A stretch of 22,177 nucleotides of DNA from Sulfurimonadaceae bacterium (lineage in GTDB: Bacteria; Campylobacterota; Campylobacteria; Campylobacterales; Sulfurimonadaceae): contig JBFESZ010000028.1 in NCBI GenBank assembly GCA_041548245.1, forward strand, positions 1 through 22,177. Direction: 5' to 3'. The notes below the pieces were generated by a model, which saw only the letters and a program-made list of their open reading frames with translations, was not told the origin of the DNA and did not search any database. How positions within the stretch are numbered: the first letter of the stretch is position 1; every line of letters begins with the position of its first letter. This document shows, in pieces, positions 9,603-18,894 of this stretch. The position numbers were made by a program, and so were the translations under genes.

Positions 9603-10370
9603 ATGAGTAAGATCTTATCAGGCCTGCTTTTTGCCGGATTATTAAGTGCAAGTGTACAGGCAGATGTCGTACGCGTAGAGATGGGTGCAGGTGTATGGAG
9701 TAATGAGTTTAGCGGAGCAGTTTCAAGTACAGGTGTAGTAGATCCAATTACTGCAGATGAACTTGGATATGATAAAGAGAACAAAGGGTATGCTTGGTTA
9801 TATGTTAAGCATCCTATCCCTGTCTTGCCAAACCTGCGTTTAGAGTATGCGGCAGTTGACTTTTCAGGAACATCAAAAACTCCAACTTTTGATTACAAGG
9901 GTGTCACATATACAGCCAATGCTAAAACAGATTTAACTTTGGATCAGATAGATGCCATCATGTATTATAATCTTTTGGATAATACGGGGTGGACAACAAT
10001 TGACCTAGGATTGGATATTAAAGTTGTTCAAGCTGAGTTCAATGCAAGACAAAGTGATGGAAGTGATGCGGTTCAAGAAAAAGAGACCCTTCCTTTGCCA
10101 ATGGCTTACGGGCGTCTGCGTTTCGAACTTCCTGGAACTGATCTAGGTATCGAGGGTACGGCAAAGTATACGGCATATAAAGACTCTAAGGTAACTGATT
10201 ATACGATTAAAGCGGATTATATCTTGGTTGACCTTTTACCGGTTGATATCGGCGTGGAAGTGGGTTATCGATTTCAACAATATGACATTGATGGAACAGA
10301 CTTTGATATTGATACATCACTTGATATTGAGGTTGACGGTATCTTCGCCGGAGCGACGATTAAATTCTAA
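9603..10370 (+). CDS. Outer-membrane beta-barrel protein (TIGR04219-like family)
   Basis: Signal peptide MSKILSGLLFAGLLSASVQA|D, KHPIPVLPNLRLEY and YYNLLDN motifs, amphipathic strands, terminal Phe. Start chosen at ATG 9603 behind an AAGGAG RBS. Confidence 0.8.
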   Translation: MSKILSGLLFAGLLSASVQADVVRVEMGAGVWSNEFSGAVSSTGVVDPITADELGYDKENKGYAWLYVKHPIPVLPNLRLEYAAVDFSGTSKTPTFDYKGVTYTANAKTDLTLDQIDAIMYYNLLDNTGWTTIDLGLDIKVVQAEFNARQSDGSDAVQEKETLPLPMAYGRLRFELPGTDLGIEGTAKYTAYKDSKVTDYTIKADYILVDLLPVDIGVEVGYRFQQYDIDGTDFDIDTSLDIEVDGIFAGATIKF

Positions 10371-11185
10371 TTGTCTGTTTTTAACAAGGGAGGTTCTCCT
10401 CTTTTGTAATTTTCATCAATGATGATGACCTCATTTTCCAACCAAATCCCATATTTTTCAAAGACTTTTTTCTGGGCAAGCTGTATAAGTTCAATCGCCT
10501 CATCAAAACTTCCTTCACCAAGATTGACGAGAAAGTTCGCATGCTTTTCACTAAAGGCCATGTCACCGATACGGTAGCCTTTAAGCCCGGCTTCTTGGAT
10601 AAGCTGGCCGGCAGCATGGCCTTTTGGATTGATGAAACAACTACCTGCACTGGGGTCATTGGGCTGATTGTCACGCATCTTCTTGAACATCTCCAACTGT
10701 GCTTCACTAAAGCCCTGATGGATCTCAAAGCGCGCTTCAAAGACAAGGCCTTCAAAGTCAGTCCAGCGATATCCATGGGGAATGTCTTTTTTAAGAAGCT
10801 CCCCATGTTCGGTGATGATCGAGTGCAGGTGATTAAAGATCTCGTATTCTTTAAGTCCTGCATTCATTTTTATCATGCCACCGACAGAACCGGGGAGTTT
10901 TGGCAGAAGCTCAAAATGGGCAATATCGTGTTTTTTGCAGAAAGAGAGAAGGCGCCCTCCGGAAGTAGCACCGCCAACGCAGAGCAAGTTGTTTTCGATC
11001 TTTATGTAATCAAATGTTTTCCCCAGCATCATCAGGGGAGGGTGATTAGGCCCTATAAGGACATTATTACAGTGTCCTAGGATATACCTCTCTTTTGGGT
11101 ATGTGGTGTCTTCAATAATATAGACATCCGCAATCGGACCAACCTTTATGGAAGAGTATTTGGAGAAGTCTATGGATTTGATCAA
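10367..11185 (-). CDS. murB: UDP-N-acetylmuramate dehydrogenase
   Basis: IDFSKYSSIKVG, LPGSVGGMIKMNAG, GYR, PSAGSCFINP, SEKHANFLVN, LENEV. Probable TTG start at 11185 overlaps the fliQ stop (TTGA), rather than the track's 11251. Confidence 0.95.
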   Translation of the reverse strand: MIKSIDFSKYSSIKVGPIADVYIIEDTTYPKERYILGHCNNVLIGPNHPPLMMLGKTFDYIKIENNLLCVGGATSGGRLLSFCKKHDIAHFELLPKLPGSVGGMIKMNAGLKEYEIFNHLHSIITEHGELLKKDIPHGYRWTDFEGLVFEARFEIHQGFSEAQLEMFKKMRDNQPNDPSAGSCFINPKGHAAGQLIQEAGLKGYRIGDMAFSEKHANFLVNLGEGSFDEAIELIQLAQKKVFEKYGIWLENEVIIIDENYKRGEPPLLKTDN

Positions 11186-11448
11186 GAGACGAACTCTGGG
11201 ATCATATTGATAACTCTGACAGTAAACTCTGTCATCATGTTCAGCATCCATGGCATGGTGAGAATAATCACAATCACAACACCAATGATTTTGGGAATAA
11301 AGCTCAGGGTCATCTCGTTAATCTGGGTGGTCGCTTGAAAAATGCTGACGGCCAGTCCCAGAAGCATACCCACCATAAGTCCAGGAAGAGCCAGATAAAG
11401 AGCGATTTTAAAGGTTTCAACGCCAAGAGCAACGAGCTGAGAATCCAT
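11182..11448 (-). CDS. fliQ: Flagellar export protein FliQ
   Basis: GLAVSIFQATTQINEMTLSFIPKI motif; 88 aa hydrophobic protein. Confidence 0.97.
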   Translation of the reverse strand: MDSQLVALGVETFKIALYLALPGLMVGMLLGLAVSIFQATTQINEMTLSFIPKIIGVVIVIILTMPWMLNMMTEFTVRVINMIPEFVS

Positions 11449-11453
11449 AGGAC

Positions 11454-12320
11454 CTATCCTTTTCTGTACTCTGAATATTCAGTGGGAATCGTATAGTCTT
11501 CAGCCTTGACAAGCTCACTGTAATAACCATGCTTGTAACCGAGTTCATAAAGTTTGTCGATGGCCTTGTATTGAAGATCAGAGAGGGTGATAGAGTCATC
11601 ATTGGCATATAGCTCCAGATATTTCTCCAGGGTCTTCCCTTCAATACGCACAAGATTGTTTTTGACAAGAAGGTCACAGAGCTCTTCTTTTCGAGCACGG
11701 GCGACTTCGACGGCTTTCGTGAGTGTCTCTTCATAGGCAATGGCTCTTGTTAGGGGTATAGAACGGCGGATGGCCATCCCGCCAAGCGGAAGCGGAAGCT
11801 TTTCGTCTTCACAGAGATCTTGCCAGACATCCCATAACTCTCTTTCAACTTCAAGTTCATCGCTGTAGGTCAAGATACTTTCATGGATCAAGACGCCGGC
11901 ATGAACCTGCCCTGAACGGACAGCCTCTTCAATATCCAAGAAGTTCATATAGGTGATGCGTGCATCAGGGTAGGCAATACGAAAGAGCAGAGCATTGGTA
12001 GTATATTTTCCACTCAAAGCCACTTTGAAGTTTCGCTTGAGTATCTCACCTTTGCGTTTGATAAGTTTAGGACCGTAGCCTTCTCCAAAGCTAACGGCAG
12101 TACGAAGCAGGGCATAATCTTCTTTGATCAAAGGCAGCAGAGCAAAGCTAATAGCGGTGATATCATAAGTGCCTGCAAGTGCCTCGACGTTCAAAGTTTC
12201 AATATCCAGGGCTATATTCTCAAACTCGACACCATCCTGGCTGACCCAACCGAATTTGATCGCATAGTACATGAAGATGTCATCAGCATCTGGGGAATGG
12301 GCAATTTTCATTTTCGTCAA
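11454..12320 (-). CDS. mqnD: MqnD-like 1,4-dihydroxy-6-naphthoate synthase (futalosine menaquinone pathway)
   Basis: AHSPDADDIFM, DIETLN, SFGEGYGP, GVLIHES, LPLPLGG motifs; TTG start 6 nt after AGGA; same position relative to fliQ-murB and recA as in Campylobacter. Confidence 0.85.
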   Translation of the reverse strand: MTKMKIAHSPDADDIFMYYAIKFGWVSQDGVEFENIALDIETLNVEALAGTYDITAISFALLPLIKEDYALLRTAVSFGEGYGPKLIKRKGEILKRNFKVALSGKYTTNALLFRIAYPDARITYMNFLDIEEAVRSGQVHAGVLIHESILTYSDELEVERELWDVWQDLCEDEKLPLPLGGMAIRRSIPLTRAIAYEETLTKAVEVARARKEELCDLLVKNNLVRIEGKTLEKYLELYANDDSITLSDLQYKAIDKLYELGYKHGYYSELVKAEDYTIPTEYSEYRKG

Positions 12321-12457
12321 AACATATCCTAGTTCATTCTATTACAAACAAAAAGAGAAGAAAAATGTTAACAATTTTCTCTATTAAGTACTTATTATCA
12401 ATTAGATTTTAACCAAAGAACGCTAAAATTACGCATTATTTTCTCCATAAGAAGAAA

Positions 12458-12508
12458 ATATTGCATTTTGCAATATGAAATGACGTATATTACAATTTGT
12501 CATATAAT
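12458..12508 (+). promoter_or_regulatory. recA promoter region: two related 19-bp palindromes and a TATAAT box
   Basis: ATATTGCA-TTT-TGCAATAT (12458-12476) and ATATTACA-ATT-TGTCATAT (12487-12505); TATAAT at 12503-12508 and another at 12522-12527. Confidence 0.5.
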
Positions 12509-12539
12509 TTTTCCAATTAACTATAATAAGGAACATCTA

Positions 12540-14869
<2,330 letters not shown>

Positions 14870-14899
14870 GCAGTTTACCCGCTTAGTAAAAGTATATGT

Positions 14900-15178
14900 A
14901 TGTCAGAACTACTTGACGAGATAGAAGCAGAGCAGTCGTTACCAAAACGTTATTTAGGTTTAAGCTGGCAACGTCTTGGGCTAGCTGCTCTTATTGTTAT
15001 ATTCTCAGGTATTTATATAGGCATTATTCTTTTTGGTGAAAGTTCATTGGAGGTCTTGATAAATCTTGATGAATACGAGAGCTTCTTGAAAGAGGAGATT
15101 TCGACTCTGAAAAACGAGAATGCTGCTTTGCAAAAAGAACTTTTTGAACTCAATGAATTAGACCCGGACTCACAATAG
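14900..15178 (+). CDS. FtsB/DivIC-like septum formation initiator protein
   Basis: One TM helix ending FGESSL, then a leucine heptad coiled coil (LKEEISTLKNENAALQKEL); sits immediately after eno, a common ftsB position. Confidence 0.65.
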   Translation: MSELLDEIEAEQSLPKRYLGLSWQRLGLAALIVIFSGIYIGIILFGESSLEVLINLDEYESFLKEEISTLKNENAALQKELFELNELDPDSQ

Positions 15179-15221
15179 GGCTGACTTTTTATCCCCATTT
15201 CTTTAACAAATTAAAAAACTG

Positions 15222-15227
15222 TATAAT
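15222..15227 (+). promoter_or_regulatory. Possible internal -10 box for the AMIN-aroK genes
   Basis: TATAAT in the AT-rich 76-nt gap, 27 nt upstream of ATG 15255. Confidence 0.4.
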
Positions 15228-15254
15228 GCTATAAATTAAATTTATAGGGTACCA

Positions 15255-15869
15255 ATGCGTTTAACTCTTTTACTGTGTATGGTTATAGTCTCGTTATTTG
15301 GACGCGATAATCCATTCTTTCCTGCCAATCCGAATGATAAGCAAACTCCTTCAACTAATAAAGTTGAAAGCTTAAAACCCTTTACAACTCAGCAGATTGC
15401 TTTACCGAATTCCGCAAGAGCAATTAAAGCTGTTGTCATTGAGTATCAAAACCTTGATGGATCAGTTTCAAGTGAAAAACTTGATTTAAATAATGCTATT
15501 GACTGGCATGAACCATTGATAATCTCGCAGAAGCAGATAACTAAATCAACTGAGGTAAAAAGTGAGAATGCAGTGAAAAGTTTTGGTAACAAGTTTATAA
15601 GTTTTACGCCTGTACATAAATCAATGCAAATCACTACGACTGACACATTGCTGCGTAATTTCATGTTATCATCACCCAATAGAATCGTTATGGATTTTTC
15701 TCGCGACACCAGTTTTAAGCCAAAAGAGTTTAAGATCAACCATGCACCTTATAAAAGTGTACGTATGGGTAATCACGATAAATATTATAGGGTAGTTATC
15801 GAACTAGATGGCCAGTACAGATATAAACTCCAAACAAGTGAAAAAGAATACACCATTGTCTGCTTCTAA
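15255..15869 (+). CDS. Secreted AMIN-domain protein (CgpA-like)
   Basis: Signal peptide followed by RDNPF; C-terminal AMIN-type motifs FMLSSPNRIVMDF and VRMGNH..YYRVVIELDG. Confidence 0.8.
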   Translation: MRLTLLLCMVIVSLFGRDNPFFPANPNDKQTPSTNKVESLKPFTTQQIALPNSARAIKAVVIEYQNLDGSVSSEKLDLNNAIDWHEPLIISQKQITKSTEVKSENAVKSFGNKFISFTPVHKSMQITTTDTLLRNFMLSSPNRIVMDFSRDTSFKPKEFKINHAPYKSVRMGNHDKYYRVVIELDGQYRYKLQTSEKEYTIVCF

Positions 15870-16353
15870 TATTGTATTTATAGGTTTTATGGGATCAGGA
15901 AAAAGCTCAGTTGGAAGGTTACTGGCGAAAGAGAGCAATCGCTATTTTTTAGACACAGATGCAATGATAGAAAGCAGTGAAGGTATGAGCATTAAAGAGA
16001 TCTTTGAAAAAAAAGGTGAGATCTATTTTAGACAACTTGAAGAGCAGACTGTTGCGTGGTTAAAATCCAATGTCCATGATGCCGTTATATCAACCGGCGG
16101 TGGTATGCTAGCACATTGTGAAGGTCTTAAAGAGGTTGGGAAAATAGTCTATTTGCAGGTGCCGTTCATCAAGATACTTGAACGTTTGAACTCGGCAGAG
16201 ATAGAAAAAAGACCTCTATTTAAAGACAAGCAAACGGCTGAAAAAATCTATGATCAACGAGATCAGCTTTATGTGTCCAAAGCAGATTTAATCATAGATG
16301 CAGACGGTGATATCGAGACAGTATTGACTAACGTCCGCGACGTAATAGCCTGA
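15808..16353 (+). CDS. aroK: Shikimate kinase
   Basis: NIVFIGFMGSGKSSVG, DTD, GE.YFR..E, ISTGGG, RPL motifs. The true start may be a downstream GTG (15838) or TTG (15856). Confidence 0.95.
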   Translation: MASTDINSKQVKKNTPLSASNIVFIGFMGSGKSSVGRLLAKESNRYFLDTDAMIESSEGMSIKEIFEKKGEIYFRQLEEQTVAWLKSNVHDAVISTGGGMLAHCEGLKEVGKIVYLQVPFIKILERLNSAEIEKRPLFKDKQTAEKIYDQRDQLYVSKADLIIDADGDIETVLTNVRDVIA

Positions 16354-17503
16354 CTAGCCTTTTTGGCGGGTGTACAATGAGTTTTATTGCTAGCATTACG
16401 ATGATGACCTCAAAGAGACTCGCTAGAATAAAAGCGTAATAATGAAACTTATCGATACTGTGTTGATGATATGCCAGTGTCGCAATAGCGATCAATAGAG
16501 TCAATGGCATTGAATGCGAAAGCCCCAATAGTATAGAGTCCTTAAACGATCCATCTTGATTGAACACCATGGCCGCTATCAAACGAATGCCTATCATCAG
16601 ACCTGAGACAAGCAAAGCTGTTGCTATAAGGCCATCAACATAAAGAGCATTGAGATTAAAAGAAGTCCCGACATGGACAAAGAAGATAGGGACAAGAAAC
16701 CCAAATCCATATGATTCAAGCTTATGGGGGAGCTCATATTTATGCTCAAAGAATGTCGGTATAAACATGCCTGCTATAAAAGCACCAAAGGCAAGTTCAA
16801 GTCCAAGATACATCATTAAAGCAATAAATGAGAAGAAGATGGCCATAGATAACCTGAAGTCCTGGTCTTTGTTATCCAGGTGAGGCATTAATAAAGGTGC
16901 AGCCTCAGGAAACCACCAAAACAGAAGCCTGAGCAAATGAAAAAGGACAATAATAAGAGCAATAAAAAAGATAAGAGTGAAGATAGTCTTTAAAAGTCCC
17001 AGACTAATCCCGGTGACAAAGGCTTCAGATGCGATAGTCAGAACGGCAATGGAAACAATCTCACCGACAGAACCGACAATCATAGCAAGGGGCAGCCATG
17101 ATGTCTTTTTACCATACTCTTTTTTAAGGGCTGCAATCAGTCCGACAGAGATCAAAGGCAATATAACAATAAAAACATTGCTTAAATGCAGATAGATTGA
17201 GCTGATAAACGATAGAAAATAGAGTAGAGACAAGTATATCAATGCACGGTTCAAGATACTTTTGTCAATACGAAGTATCTTTTTAAGATTGATCTCTGTA
17301 CCGGCTAGGAACATAAGGTACAAGAAGCCAAACTCGGCGACCAGTTCAAAAAGCTTATGTTCATGAAGCAGCCCGAAAAAGGCAAGAAACGAGCCAAGGA
17401 TAATCTCAACCGGTGTGGTTGGGACTTTAATAATTTTTGCTAAAAAAGGGGAAAAGGCGATAATGGCACTAAGTGTCAATACAAGACTGATATTTTCTGC
17501 CAT
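16328..17503 (-). CDS. Cation:proton antiporter (CPA2-like, no cytoplasmic KTN domain)
   Basis: Highly hydrophobic 391 aa; LMFLAGTEIN, FGAFIAG, GFLVPIFFVHVG motifs. Confidence 0.85.
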   Translation of the reverse strand: MAENISLVLTLSAIIAFSPFLAKIIKVPTTPVEIILGSFLAFFGLLHEHKLFELVAEFGFLYLMFLAGTEINLKKILRIDKSILNRALIYLSLLYFLSFISSIYLHLSNVFIVILPLISVGLIAALKKEYGKKTSWLPLAMIVGSVGEIVSIAVLTIASEAFVTGISLGLLKTIFTLIFFIALIIVLFHLLRLLFWWFPEAAPLLMPHLDNKDQDFRLSMAIFFSFIALMMYLGLELAFGAFIAGMFIPTFFEHKYELPHKLESYGFGFLVPIFFVHVGTSFNLNALYVDGLIATALLVSGLMIGIRLIAAMVFNQDGSFKDSILLGLSHSMPLTLLIAIATLAYHQHSIDKFHYYAFILASLFEVIIVMLAIKLIVHPPKRLVRLLRRGR

Positions 17504-17515
17504 GTCATTCCTTTT

Positions 17516-18364
17516 CTATTTATCGTCCGGGCTTTTGGCTATCTGGAGTCCAAGATCTGCCAACATCTCAAGGTCTTTAGATCTTTCTCTACCTGAGGTT
17601 GTCAAGTAGTTACCGATGACAATGGCATTGGCGCCTGCTTCAAAGATTTCACTTTGACGCTCTTTAAACATTAATTCCCGTCCACCTGCTATCATTATTC
17701 TGTCGGCATTGGGGATGAGTTCTCTAGTTAGCCGTACCAATTCAAGTGCCTCATCGGTTGTAAGATCATTAGGTTTAAGAGGAAGAGCGGGATTATGATG
17801 ATAAAAGTTAATAGGTACTGACGTAGGGTTTAAAGAGGCTAGAGCTTTTAGCATAGAGATACGGTCTTCCTGTGTCTCACCCATACCAAATATGCCACCG
17901 GTAATTAGAACCAATCCTGCCTTGTTCACATTTTCACAGGTTTTGTATCTTTCATCCCAACTGTGAGTTGTACATATTTCTTTATAATAGCGCTCAGAAC
18001 TTTCAAGATTATGATTGTATGCAGAGACACCTGCTTCTTTAAGTGCCAATAACTGTTCTAAAGATGCTGTCCCGTTACAGGCAATAAGACGCAGTCTGGG
18101 AACCTCTGCCTTAACGGCTTTGGCAACCTTGCAGACGAATTTAAGCGTTCTGTCGGTCAAGCCTTTTTGGGCTGTGACAAGACAAAATCCCAGGGCACCT
18201 GAAGCTTCGGCGGCTTTCGCCTCTGCCAGGATGTCCTCTAGGGGTTTTTGTTTATAACGTTCGATATCGGCACTGTATTTGACACTTTGTGAGCAAAATT
18301 TACAATCTTCATTGCAGGTACCACTGTTAATATTACAGATTGAACATAAAAATATTTTCTTCAT
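17516..18364 (-). CDS. bioB: Biotin synthase (short Campylobacterota form)
   Basis: SGTCNEDCKFCSQS radical-SAM motif, YNHNLE, GGIFGMGE, SVPINF, AGGRE, GANAIVIGNYLTT. Confidence 0.95.
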   Translation of the reverse strand: MKKIFLCSICNINSGTCNEDCKFCSQSVKYSADIERYKQKPLEDILAEAKAAEASGALGFCLVTAQKGLTDRTLKFVCKVAKAVKAEVPRLRLIACNGTASLEQLLALKEAGVSAYNHNLESSERYYKEICTTHSWDERYKTCENVNKAGLVLITGGIFGMGETQEDRISMLKALASLNPTSVPINFYHHNPALPLKPNDLTTDEALELVRLTRELIPNADRIMIAGGRELMFKERQSEIFEAGANAIVIGNYLTTSGRERSKDLEMLADLGLQIAKSPDDK

Positions 18365-18366
18365 AT

Positions 18367-18882
18367 TTAGTTTCTTTCAAAGTTCATACGCTGTGTTTTC
18401 CACTCTTGCGTTTTAAGTGCACGTGAGTAGGCCTCGACAGCATATTTTTCTTCAGTGATGGTCAACATGAGACACTCACTGATAGGTTTGTTCCGAGCAC
18501 AGGCTTCACCTGGATTTAAAAACAGTGTATCATGTTTGTAATCACATTCAAAACTGTGCGTATGTCCAAAGATGACAATGTCAGCATCCGGATTCATATA
18601 GTAAGGCAGGTGCATCAACTTGAAACTGTACTTGTCTATTTTAAACAGATGCGGCTCCTGGACAAGATTGAAATCCCTGTGATGTTGGACCATATGCGCA
18701 TCATTATTACCATACACCGCAATATAAGGAAGTTTCGTTTTATACATGTAGTCCAAGACCTCTACTTCGCAAATATCGCCGGCATGAAGAAGATATTCTG
18801 CCCCATTGTTAACAAGATGATCAATTACTTTTTTGGCACGACCAACTTTCGAATGGGTGTCAGAGAGAATACCTATTTTCAT
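18367..18882 (-). CDS. YfcE/MJ0936 family metallophosphoesterase
   Basis: SDTH, HAGD, GNND, GHTH and NPGE calcineurin-like motifs; 171 aa. Confidence 0.9.
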   Translation of the reverse strand: MKIGILSDTHSKVGRAKKVIDHLVNNGAEYLLHAGDICEVEVLDYMYKTKLPYIAVYGNNDAHMVQHHRDFNLVQEPHLFKIDKYSFKLMHLPYYMNPDADIVIFGHTHSFECDYKHDTLFLNPGEACARNKPISECLMLTITEEKYAVEAYSRALKTQEWKTQRMNFERN

Positions 18883-18894
18883 AACAGACTCGCT

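Noticed and set aside
10541..11080. 179-aa plus-strand ORF
   Set aside because: Antisense shadow of murB with no recognisable motifs.
12468..12539. N-terminal extension of RecA in the ORF track (also for tsaD, murB and the OMP)
   Set aside because: Downstream starts have better RBS or stop-start coupling and match the family N-termini.
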